Shown piece after piece: positions 52,129 to 63,601 of a stretch of 64,000 bases of DNA. The translations under genes and the position numbers were made by a program. Numbering within the stretch: position 1 is the first letter of the stretch; every line of letters begins with the position of its first letter. The stretch lies in assembly GCA_002633005.1 (NCBI GenBank), contig NMRA01000037.1:372001-436000 (forward strand). Reading direction: 5' to 3'. Source of the stretch: Phoronis australis. Lineage: Eukaryota; Animalia; Phoronida. The notes beneath the pieces were generated by a model that searched no databases, was not told where the DNA came from, and saw only the letters and a program-made list of their open reading frames with translations.

Positions 52129-52291
52129 CAGTGGAGGACTTAAGAGGGGGGGGGGGGGNGGGGGGGCACGGGGCCCTTCCTCCCTAAAATTCTCCCAGAT
52201 TCTATTTGGCAATTCGGGGTGCGAATGTCGCAAAATCATGGCTAATACTCTGCCCTGCTCCGGTCCCCAACTCAAAGTCCTGGATCCGCTG
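52129..52291 (-). mobile_element. MITE family B copy
   Basis: cagtggaggacttaag...ctaaaattctcccagattctatttggcaattcgggg...tggatccgc. Confidence 0.8.
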
Positions 52292-53226
52292 GAGGTGAGA
52301 TGACCAGACAAGCGGAAGCAGTGAAATTGTGGACAGTAACTTGGTTCTAGTGGATAGCAGTAGCACCAATAGCAGATGAATGTGGCCTACATGGCAAAGA
52401 ACATCTGCAACCCCTCTCATGAAGAGCCTGTGGCTATATGTAAGAGAGTTCTCGTGAGTTTCAAATCAGGTGTTTTGTGGAATGGGCCCGACCTGCGCAA
52501 GTCCGATGCAACTCGGCACCCGACCGCCTGCAATAATTTTACTGAACAAATAAAAGTAACTGTGTAATAAAGGATTATATTGGCTCTAATGTTGAATAAG
52601 GACGGGTCTCAAGGCTGCGCTACGGCGATACTCCTTCGCAGATCCCGGGAGGGGTTATATTTTTGAAAATGTGTGCAGCTGGGAAATTAGGATACCCTCA
52701 TTTGGGGAGAGGGTTCGACAAAGAGATCTACATGTAGAGCACTTCCTCGAAAAGGTCACCCTTTCGCAGGGTTTTGTTTCACCACCCCTTTTTAGATTGA
52801 TTTCGTTGGCTGATGATTCTTGGACAGCTGTAACGGTACAACATGTTACAGAACGTGAGTACACCTTTGGCAGCCAACGTTTTGACAATAAAGATAATAT
52901 TAAAAACTTTTGTGCAAGTTTGCGTGGTTGGAAAAGTGTAGCTAAGCTTTGTAAAGTTTCAAACTCCCATCCGAATTTGTTCGCAAAAACAAAAAATACT
53001 CTTTCTTTGGGAATCTTATGAAAGTCACCCCTCTGAGCGGAACTTCTCGTGTATTTCGTACTCCTAGGCTCAGACTGTGATCCATATCTCGTGTTAACTT
53101 GGCTAACGATCGCCATGTTGTAGCAACGATCGATGTACTCCACGAGAACAAATAGAGAGAATTTGTAACAATAACACAAAAAGTACGGTGTATATGAATA
53201 TGTGGGCCTACGTCAGTTAATCAGGA

Positions 53227-53253
53227 ATGTCTGAAAGCAAGCCCGAGCCAGAG
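53227..53253 (+). CDS. Ninjurin-like gene, probable first coding exon
   Basis: ATG with an in-frame TAA just upstream; MSESKPEPE; donor GAG|gtacgt, phase 0. Confidence 0.55.
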
Positions 53254-53557
53254 GTACGTTTTTGATGCGTGCAACGTTTAAAAGTTCTCGGCGCTTTTAC
53301 ACTTGATTTAATAGAAACTGAACATGCAATGGAAATTTTTAGAGAGACACACTATGGTGTGATATGTGTAACAGATTGTTTTGAACACAGTAAAACCGGT
53401 TGAGCACGTATGAATTTTATTTATTCATCTTATTAGGAAGCGCCCTGTAGTGATCTGGACGTGTTTACTGCAGCTTCTATGGAAAAAATGCAATCAACGA
53501 CATCATTCTGCAACAAAGCGCATTTTATTTTAAGAAAGTTGTGCGCTCGGTTTGTAT

Positions 53558-53668
53558 CACAGGCGCTTGGGTTTTTCGCAAATGACGTCACAATATATAT
53601 ATAAGAAAACATGTTTTCTTATATATATTATTGAGTGACGTCATTTGCGATAAACCCAAGCGCCTGTG
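53558..53668. mobile_element. 111-bp palindromic MITE with 8-bp TSD (P- or hAT-like)
   Basis: cacaggcgcttgggttt.tcgcaaatgacgtcac...gtgacgtcatttgcgataaacccaagcgcctgtg; gtttgtat at 53550-53557 and 53669-53676. Confidence 0.9.
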
Positions 53669-53857
53669 GTTTGTATAAGCAACATCGTCCTCTGTACTGA
53701 TCACCACAGGTACAATAAGAATATGTCTGCTGTGAACGACTAGAAGCCCATAAAAGCGAATGACCGACCAACCCCCAAGTTCCAGGATTTGTCTTCGACT
53801 TTTATTTCAGGCTTGTTCCTATTGTCCTGTTTCAATCATTCTTTTGATTTGTTTTAG

Positions 53858-53905
53858 CTGGGGAACCTGGAAGATTTTATGACGATGAGGAATGCAGTCA
53901 AAGAA
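53858..53905 (+). CDS. Ninjurin-like gene, exon 2 (48 nt)
   Basis: tttgttttag|...GAA|gtaagt; phase 0-0; LGNLEDFMTMRNAVKE. Confidence 0.7.
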
Positions 53906-54605
53906 GTAAGTTAAAACAGCCAGTCACTGGACATGAAAATGGCGCCATCTAGCTGAGAAGTCCACCCATTAAGACCACAGGATGAGTTTTGTCAGAAGAG
54001 AGCTATCTCAAACATGTCAAGTTCTATAACTTTCAGTCCCGCTTGTGTTCGTCTTATTTTACTGTTGATTTTTATTTTTTTAAATAGGGTGGGGGTTCAA
54101 AGAAACCTCATTAAACATGGCAAATACCCATAATGCATGAGTCAGCTGTCACTCCCTGCAGCGGTCACTACGGTGCACCACCAAAAGTAAAAACTAAATA
54201 AAAAACACGTTTAATTCAGTTAACTTTGAAAATATTTGGCGTTTTGTTGAATGAGCATTATTTGAACTGAACTAACTTACGTTAAATCCGTTTCATGACG
54301 TTTTTAACTGAAATGAAGAGGAAAGAGTATGATCGTTAACAGACAGATGGAATTAGGTCAAGACCTTGACCTGTTTTCGGAAAACCCTAATAGCTTGAGG
54401 TCATGAAAGCCCTCGTCTCATTGGTTGTTTGCGATTCAAAATGAAAACATTTTAACGTGCCGTTGGGATCATTTTGTACTCAAAGTATCTCTTCACATTA
54501 ACTGTATGACTAAAAGTCTTTTTGCTTTCGACGATCGGTGAATAAAGAGGTTGGAAAACATGGAAGATCGGCGTTTTTTAGTTCATTTCGTTTTTTTCTT
54601 TGAAG

Positions 54606-54692
54606 GCACACAGGAACGACCACCCAGGTGACGGTGAGGGAAAGGAATTCGATGAACACCTCAGCAACTTACTACAAGACATAGCGATCAAG
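54606..54692 (+). CDS. Ninjurin-like gene, exon 3 (87 nt)
   Basis: ttttctttgaag|...AAG|gtaatg; phase 0-0; AHRNDHPGDGEGKEFDEHLSNLLQDIAIK. Confidence 0.75.
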
Positions 54693-55482
54693 GTAATGCC
54701 GAAATTCTTCTTGTTTTAGGTGAACGACCAGTTAAAATTGCCCGTTTCTCGATTTCCTAAAACCGATTTGAGGGTGGGGATGTATGTAGAAATATATTGA
54801 TTTTAAAAATCTATTGATGCGTGTCTCTTGTGTTGAACACTANAGACGGAATAAAAACGAAAAAGCAAAAAAGTTCCTATAGTTTGCTGCGTCATGGGCG
54901 AAACCTTGGTAGTGACCGGGCGAAATGCGGTGTAACGACTGTAGGAGGACTCTAATGTTCACGACACTGGAGGGACAATTTTGAAATTTGTGACGAGAGG
55001 TGACGAATGTGGTGGGAAATTGCCGGCTACCGCTATTATCAGAAATTGTCCACCAACTCTAGTAGACGAAAGTTGTCGGCTAAAGCTGCTAGGTGCAAAA
55101 TGTCGCTAACATTGTTGTTGAAAAAGATGTCGCGTCATTCAGACTGAGCAACCAATTAACTACCTATCATTTCAAGATATGCGTAATTTGTTTTCAGTGG
55201 TCTATTTTGGAAGCTGATTGTCCCTTTGGGAAAAACATTTAAGAAATGTATTTAAAGGGTGTGACCATCGAAAAATATCCTATCCAAACTGTCATAGTCG
55301 TCGGCATCCTATTGGGGCTAATGCGTGTTTAGAATACATTGATCCAGGATTTGAAGATCAGCCTACATGCACTATTGGGACGTCCCTTTCTGCACCAGAG
55401 ATTGATGATAAGACTTGATTGACCATTGAGTAGTATTCGAAATAATAAGAGTAGACTCCTTTCTCTCATTTTTAATTCACAG

Positions 55483-55603
55483 AAAGGCGACCGCTCTGTA
55501 TCAAAATACACCACAGTCAAGTCTGTCACCGGTGGTGTACTCAACGTAGGACTTCTTGAGTTGACGGTCGTAGCAGTGAAGGAACTCGAACAAGCTGGAA
55601 AAG
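55483..55603 (+). CDS. Ninjurin-like gene, exon 4 (amphipathic helices), GC donor
   Basis: ttttaattcacag|KGDRSVSKYTTVKSVTGGVLNVGLLELTVVAVKELEQAGK resembles NINJ1 NHYASKKSAAESMLDIALLMANASQLKAVVEQG; donor AAG|gcaagt. Confidence 0.8.
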
Positions 55604-56011
55604 GCAAGTTTGGCAGCTCAGTATTATCAGGCTAAGCATCACGAGTCAAGCCTTAAAGAACTCCTTCCTAATTGTTTGTGCTCATTTGAACTTGCATACT
55701 TTTTTACTTAGCTGTAACAAATTGAATCGGGTTTTTAGAAATAAATATGTGGTTGCACGTTTCCGCTAAGCCCCGAGTACCAACACAAACCTTTCATTCG
55801 ATACGCTTTCTGTGAACATAAAACATTCTGGTCAATACAGATTTCATTTTCGCCCATCTACCTCTCGTAAAATATTTGATCGCCACAAATTAAAATTGTC
55901 TGATCTATGAAAATTGTACTTTAATACAACAGTTGTATCAAACCCGGCGCCTGCCACCAATATGTATTCTTTGATTTATAATATTTACCGCCCTTAAATT
56001 GACATTAGTCT

Positions 56012-56164
56012 CAGGTGCGGATCCAGGATTTTGAGTTAGGGGTGACCAGGCAGAGTATTAGCCAGGATTTTGCCCGTCAGACATTCACACCCCCGAACTA
56101 CCAAATGGAATCTGGGAGAATTTTAGGGGGGCATGGCTCCTTACCCCCTCTAAATCCGCCACTG
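56012..56164 (+). mobile_element. MITE family B copy in ninjurin intron 4
   Basis: caggtgcggatccagg...aaatccgccactg. Confidence 0.8.
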
Positions 56165-56416
56165 AGTCTTTCAAATCATTCCCTATTTGAGATTCTAGTG
56201 AAAGTAAACAATTATGGTAACACTGATAAGGATAGCCATTTAATCGTCTAGGTTTTCAAAAACCAACTTTTCTTGCGTGGTGTTGTCATGCCGCCAACAG
56301 GTTGAAAATAAGAATTATCTCCCTACTTTCACGTGATTGACTGGCCAGATTGTGCCTCACTAGTAGAAATGTCGGATCAGCGCAAGCGGTTTGAGGTAAA
56401 AAGTGTTGAAAGTTGA

Positions 56417-57143
56417 ATATAAATAGGTAAATAAAACAACAAGAATGGATCAACTGAAATTTTCGGATATAATAATATCTTTCGTCAACAGAAACAGAAA
56501 TAAAGTAAAATCAAACACTATATGACAATTGACATTTAAGATGTGCCGTAATGAATATGATACATTGTTGCGGAAAAAATTCAATGATATAATTTAATAA
56601 TAGAAAAACTCTAACACCCCAGTACCCCTCACAGACTCAAAAGAGAACAATATTGGATAGACCAGCTCAATACACTAGAAAATCTACAAACTCGGTTTCG
56701 TAATCACAGATTTAACATAATACATAAAAACATTTCTGATACTATAGGTAATCATTTCAATTCCAAAGATCTTTCTGTACAAATAATAGAAAAACTCCAA
56801 CACCCCAGTACCCTTCACAGACTCAAAAGAGAACAATATTGGATAGACAAGCTCAATATACTAGACCTCATGGATTAAACATAAAAACTTCTTAAATTAT
56901 ATCATTGAAATTTTTCCGCAACAGTATCATATTCATTACGCCACATCTTAAATGTCAATTGTCATATAGTGCTTGATTTTACTTTATTTCTGTTTCTGTA
57001 GAAGAAGGACATTATTATATCCGAAAATTTCATTTGATCCATTCTTGTTGTTTTATTTACCTATTTATATTCTACATTTCGTGAAACAATAGTATCCTTG
57101 GGAGGATCTGGATCGCCTTATTTAGTTTCAGATTTATTTTCTA
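56417..57143 (+). mobile_element. 5'-truncated Penelope-like retroelement with inverted pLTR and GIY-YIG C-terminal remnant
   Basis: About 180-bp inverted arms (56415-56597 / 56892-57072) enclose LQTRFRNHRFNI...IGNHFNSKDLSVQIIEKL..RLKREQYWIDKLN.L/PHGLN; tgttgaaagttga flanks both sides (56404-56416, 57144-57156). Confidence 0.85.
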
Positions 57144-57427
57144 TGTTGAAAGTTGACAATCTTATAAATTTTGGATTGCATTACTATCATTACTGAACTA
57201 AGATTTCCAAAACGCGCGAGATATTTGTCACGTCATTAATACCATAGCTCATTGGTGGCACACACTAGCACAGTCTTGGTCGATGACGTACAAGTACTTT
57301 CACTTGAATGTAGTCGATCAGATACGTGGTTATCACCTAAACTCTCTTTGTCGAAGACTTCCAATATTGAAATTCTTTCATTTACGTCGTGCTCATATCC
57401 AAAATGTTTTCTCTCCATATCCGCCAA

Positions 57428-57644
57428 CATGCGCGCACCCAGCAAAGAATTCGGAGTGGTTCGAATCTTTGAGAATGCGCACATTTTACTTAAATTCAGG
57501 GGTACATTCAGAGCTATGAATTGTGCATTCGCCGAATTTTGGTAGTTCCTGCGTTTTTTTGATGGACTTTTGTCTCGTTTTCTACTTTTTCGGAGTTCTC
57601 TGAAAAGTACCTTTATGCCCAATTCGCCAAATGGGAGCACGCAT
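57428..57644 (-). mobile_element. MITE family A copy in ninjurin intron 4
   Basis: catgcgcgcacccag...ttcgccaaatgggagcacgcat. Confidence 0.8.
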
Positions 57645-57959
57645 CGTCAACGACCACTTAACAGTTTTAATTGTTCCTTACTCAGATTAGAAGTGACCGC
57701 TTAGGACGATATAACGCTTCGTTGTTACTTGAAACTTGGCTCATGAAAAGTTGGCGTGTGTCGTTTTATACTCCATCCACGCCCTCGACCAGGCAATAAC
57801 AAATTGCCAGTGCTTCGAAGTCCGCGGAAATACCGTCTCATCTGAGTAAGGGACAATAGGCTAAGATCAGATTTTATAACGGTAACGGTAGAAATCACAC
57901 ATTTGACAGGAGCAGGTTCAAAGTAGCTCACAAAATTCCAATACGATTTTCTTTTTCAG

Positions 57960-58264
57960 AAGTGGAGCCATTCTATGACGCTTTACTTGCCATTTACATT
58001 ACGATGATCGTCATTCAAGTTCTTGGTATGATGGGTCTGACATTTTTAGCTTTTACAGACTTCAAAACAGCAATGTTGGAGAAGACTTTAATGTACAACA
58101 AACTCAATAATTGCATAGCGTTGTTAGCTTCAGCGCTGTTGATCCTAGGGACAGTTGCAACGGGTTTGAAGACGGACAAGAACGCGGTGTCGATTGACAA
58201 ATTTGTCGAAATGTTAAAAACGCAGAATGTTACAGTCGACTTTGGGAAGCTGCTTAACCAATAG
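57960..58264 (+). CDS. Ninjurin-like gene, terminal exon (two TM helices and stop)
   Basis: tttctttttcag|AA GTG; EVEPFYDALLAIYITMIVIQVLGMMGLTFLAFTD...KLNNCIALLASALLILGTVATGL resembles NINJ1 FAFYVPLVVLISISLVLQIGVGVLLIFLVKYD...FLNNLATGLVFIIVVVNIFITAF. Confidence 0.85.
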
Positions 58265-58693
58265 CCAAAAGTTTACTGCAGGAAGGTAACCGGTCTTCAT
58301 GCAGATTTGTAGTGCCTATATATTATCCAGCCGTGTCAGGAGGAGGTGACAGAATGCACGCTTCAACAGGAACAAATATATTTTGTGAATGGCATATTGA
58401 AAGACTGTAGCAGAAATTCCTCGCTCTACATACCGATTAGGTATAGTCTGCTGTTACTGTGTGTGTGTGTAAAAACTTTATTGTCCGTGTGTGGCAACGG
58501 AGTGCTAGGGTTTTATCAGAAATGTTATGAAGCCCATTTTTTGCATATACCCAAGACCACGCTTACAGCCTTGTACGGACGTCTCCGAAGAATGTAGAAG
58601 AATGTCGAATGATGTAAGAAAGTGTAAATGTTCCACATTTATAATTGTCATTTTATGTGTCGAGTGTCGCACGTTCCTTTTCAGCCAGGAACA

Positions 58694-58841
58694 GCCTCCC
58701 GTTCAGTAACGCTAGGACCTCGCTTAAAAGCAAGACTTCGCGAGATTACGTGAGATATTGCGGTGCATTGTAAATAAGAACAGGTGACTTTGACCAGGTT
58801 TTAGCTACATGTAGGTCCCTAGCGTCTACTGAACGCACGCC
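58694..58841 (-). mobile_element. MITE family C copy downstream of, or in the 3' UTR of, the ninjurin-like gene
   Basis: gcctcccgttcagtaacgctaggacctcgc...tagcgtctactgaacgcacgcc. Confidence 0.85.
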
Positions 58842-60007
58842 CGGTTTTACCTCAACCCTCTCAGCATGCACGAAGGTGTCGGTAAACAAGCACCCAAATG
58901 AAACCTACGTTTTTTTTCTACGAATTTGTTTCTTTGCATGTAGGATAAAAAGTCTGGAATCTCAGTTTCTTTGTAATTGTGCATTTGTATCTGCGTAGAA
59001 ACTTCAAAGTGTATGTTTGTTTGTGCTACACTGCGTAATTCACCTAAAATTTTGTATAAAAGTCTATGCTTACGTTCATACGTACACTTTTCGTTATAGA
59101 ACTTGTTTGCTGTTTTTGCTCATTCAAAGGTTATTCGTTGCAAAATAGATTGTCATTGATTACTTGACTTACATTATTAATTTATTAAAATGCCAGTTAA
59201 TCAACGCACACGTACACAAGTTGTGACACATATTACAACGCTGACGCGTTCGAAACATAGAAAAAAGATCTTTTCTTTTAGTCTGCTTTTCATTCGGTTA
59301 ATCAAAATGGAATATCGTGAAAATGCGTAGGCACATGCGAAATAATGCATTTTACAAAGTTCATTTTTTTGAATATAGGGTATGCGCATTTAAGATTTGC
59401 TTGCAACAGGTGATATACGCATGGCGCTTTTGTGTGATGTCTTTTTCGATCCAAAGTGTTTTTGATAATTTGAATACAAGATTGAATTGAAAACGCGTCA
59501 ACACCTGTCGTTTTGTGCCGCCACGCTTCATATGAATGCTGTTTTAAAGACGTGGGCCTTGCAATTGGTTTTCCTGAACTTGAGCTCAGAGTGGTTCGCA
59601 TAAGCCCAGATTTAATTCGGCAGTCAGTTATTTGGGACAAAACAGTACGTTTCGCCAAATACCTATAAAATTCGGCAAAAGCATATGAAATTTTGAAAGA
59701 AAAGAATTTGTACCACTCTGTCATTAACCAGGTCTGGTGACCATGATTTTTATTAAAATTTAGTAAAAAGGAAAGGTACAATCACTGCAAAACAAGAGGA
59801 TCAATAACATGAGCAAATTTCTTGATATAAATGTTCCAAGATAAAATCTCAAATCGCTGTTACAGTTTTCTAAATTATCGTTTCGTTTTCGTTTTATGCA
59901 CTTAATGTTTAGTTCATAAAGATCATAGAAGCGCCATTCACGATAGCACCTCAGGCAAGAGTTTAACATTTTCAAAACTAATCCTACCCGCGTTTGGAAA
60001 AACAATG

Positions 60008-63000
60008 CATAGGGTCATGAAAATGATGTTAACATCCATCGTGTGAATCCAAGGGTGGAACCGCCATTACAGCGCGTGCACTAAAAAAATCAGGTATTCC
60101 TATTACTAGGGCTTGGAATGACCTACGGCAAAAAGAGGAAAATTTTCCAGGTGATGAATAGCTTCACGAATAAATAGGTTGTGTGATATATTTTTTGTGT
60201 TGGAAAAATGTAACTGAAATAAACGTTTTTGCGTGAATTTAGTCAAAGTATTGATATAAAAAGCAGGAAAAAAGAGGAAACTGGAAACCAAGTAAGAGGC
60301 AATCCTCTTAAAGAGAAAATTCCGAGACCAGTTTACGCACTATTACATAATTTGAACTCAAATCAGCTCATCAAAAGCTATAGCGAGATCACTCAAAGTG
60401 AGGACTGAGAAGATATATATTGTGTATCACTGTGGACTAGTCTGATAAGTTAAGTTTTACTTAAAACGACGCCAAACCCGGTTTTGGCCTATTAACAGAA
60501 TAATGTTTAAACGACTTTCCCATACAATTCTGAGTAACAAAACAATGCTTTGCAACCCCCGACAACCCCCAAAAGTTTGGAGGAAACTGAGTTGTTAACT
60601 TCTTTCGAAGTCTGCAAAACGGGCAGACGTGACTTACGCCTTTAGTTAGCGAATTACATGACAACTGTGGCGAAAGACCACCCACAAAGAACCATATCTA
60701 GTCTTTGATTTAGGTAGTATGAGTATTTTTAGTTGAAATCTACTTTTATCTTTCACAATTGACGCCAATGATGCATTAGCAGGTGGCAGAACCAGAACTG
60801 ATCGAAATCGCCAAAACAGGGTTTAGTATCCCCATGGTCTTAACTGCAACTGAATTTTCACACATGACTTAGTTGGTTTGGAAATTTACAGCCACAAATA
60901 CTGTAGCTGCAACTAGGACTAGGAGGTGCCAGAGTATCAGATAGATAGGCTTAGTCCTATGCCGAAATGTGGAGGAGTGCCAAATATCAGTAGTCCTGTG
61001 TCCCCAGTGCAGTGAGAAAGAGACAAAAATAGTTGAGATAAGTAGTTAAAAGTTGACACACCTACTGAATAACAGGCCCCTATATTGGCATTCAAAAGCA
61101 GGTAGGACGCTGAGGGCTGGGGTCTCTCCATCTCACCCTCTCTCTCTCACACACACTCTCCTGGCTACACTAGTATATCAAAAAGGTAGATTCAAAAACA
61201 TCTTCTTTGGCAATGTATAGTTTAATTTTGGCATCATAAATTACCATTAAACAAATGATATAAGCTATTGTTATAGTTAAACAGATTACAAGCCCAATTC
61301 AAGTCCAAATCACATTGCCCCAGACGACTGTCAGGGATCAGCATTTACACAGCCGTGGATCACCAAATCTCGGGAAACAACTAATTTATGTTGGACAACA
61401 ATTTCGGCAGAACCACTTCATAACTACTTTTGACTGCAGCTCAGTTTGTAAACAATATAATTCTAATTATAACAGACACTCTACCTCGCCCGATGATTAA
61501 CTGACAAAAAACAACGAATTTGACAAGCATAATGTCATTTGACAAAAGAAGTACTTAAAAAATAATTAGGGTTTTTCAAACCCCCATGGGCTTCCTTCCA
61601 TGTTATTGAAACCATGGCAACCAGAAGGGTTTTTGAAACGCCTCAACAATATAGCACTGACAAGTCCTAGACCAGGGAAAGTGAAATACAAATAACTTTA
61701 AAAAGAATAAATGGAATTTTGAACATAAGCCTGAAGCATCGCATGCATTTTGGGAGTGATATGTTGTCCACAGCGCTAAAGCAATATGCAGAAAACGGCA
61801 ATTCAATTCTGATGTCGACCACTTACTGTTGTGAAATTGGAGTCGTATTCTTCCTCATTCAAATTAGCGGTGATTTTAGGGCTTTGAAAGAGCTGAGAGT
61901 TCATTATTGCAGGAGACCAGGCTCTACAAATTGGCTCATCATAGCATGTTGCCATTTTATGCACAAAGCATTGTCTCTGGGAATAAGGAACTCTCAGTTT
62001 TTTGGAAACGAGAAGAGAACCAGATCAATTTTTATAGCCATAAGTGGTCCAAATCAAAATTTTGCTTCTTGGATGGAATCTGAGTTTATAGCCATCCTAT
62101 AGGGTGTTCGTACAGGTCTAATGTTTGTTACCAGAATTTAAAGTGGCCATATCATAGTAACTCAGTCGATATGTAGATTTTCCTCATGTTGCCAAGTGCC
62201 TTCTTAACAAAGTAAACCAGTCTCGACGCCATTATCCAAAAGAGAAAGGTTAAGCAGGCAAGCTTTATCTTAAATTCATGAAACCAAACAAGCAAAAATC
62301 ATTGTAATGAAATCTCACCAACTGTAGACACAACATGGCAGATATTAAAGTGAAATCTTATTTTTTTATTTTCCATAGACAATATATAGTACCATATTAA
62401 TACTTTTTCATGTTCCAAGTTCTGTGCAATGGCGACCACCACGAAATATTTTCAAAAATTGTGGACAATCATGATGACCACAAACATTTTTATGTCTGGT
62501 CAGAACACCACCTGTTGGCCACATCACGTGACCTAATGAATATATGTCTTTGTTCCAAATTGGAAAGATTTCATATTGCATGCAATTTTGACTTACTTGT
62601 CATACAGAGAGTAAAACTGATCCTAAACAAAAAATTGAAACTGGCAAGCGTGTATGGAGTTTACATTCCCAAACAAAAAATAAATTTATTCATGATGAAA
62701 TCTTAACAGAGTGAGCTTTCTCGAAATACCTTCAGCTGGTTTAAATCTCGGAAAACCAAAATGACTAGGGGTCAGTAGCAACCATAAGTAAATTTACATA
62801 ATCACCTATTGAATGACATGATATGACAACTCAAAATGAACACAGCACAACCATGTACACCCCTGCACATAACCCTTCTGCTAGGACAGAGGTGTCTTCT
62901 ACAGCAGCACTTTCAGTCCCCGTTGTCTAGTCAAACTTTGCTAGAACAAAAGCTGTCCTGCATGGTATGTACACCTGGAACAAGAACAATTAGAAATCTT

Positions 63001-63601
63001 AGGATAAGTCCAAAAAAAGCTGTTTTTTCATACTGATGCAGTGATGCAGATCACTAGATACCAGTTGAAATGGGACAGAGTCCTTTATTTTTGCCCTCAG
63101 TGTCACCTAAAGCCTGCTGAAAAGGATCAAAATCCTTTTTTATCCTAAACCACCCAAGCTTTGGGGCACAGGTTTTTGGGCCTAAAATCAACAGGTCTGG
63201 GCATGTTTGGCATGAAGAGTTTAAGAGCGTGGATCTGGAGTTTTAGGCTTCTTGTCTGGTATATAACAAACATGAAGTTGGTCCTGATTTGAAATTAAAG
63301 GTCCAGTCATAGAATCGTTCCCATGACTCGATGTTAAGTTGTGCAACTGGTTTTCCATCAGTTAAAACCAGGATCCCCCTCACCAGTTGAATACTGGGCA
63401 GCATTCGAATCAGTAGTAACAAATAAGTAACTAAAAGGCATCAGACAGGTAGGTTCCAAAGTATAGCAAGTTTTTGTGTAAAGCTTTGGATTTGCAATAA
63501 TCGTGAGACTTCGTACATGACTTTTGGCTAGAAATGTCCTGTCGGAACACCTATCTACACTTTGTTGTATACGACATTTGCATAGAAAATTGGACCCTGT
63601 G
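60008..63601 (-). mobile_element. Candidate decayed Chapaev/Transib-like DNA transposon (about 3.6 kb)
   Basis: Ends catagggtc / gaccctgtg (8/9 inverted match; CAC at one end) with AATG on both flanks; broken minus-strand peptides VVAIAQNLE..KY, LGNMRK, SLPKMH and GLGLVS..VEAFQK; region looks CpG-poor. Confidence 0.4.

Noticed and set aside
55198-55242. Alternative terminal exon WSILEADCPFGKNI* after the acceptor at 55197
   Set aside because: The acceptor is good, but joining exon 3 to 55483 gives the ninjurin homology. It remains an unsupported possible poison exon.
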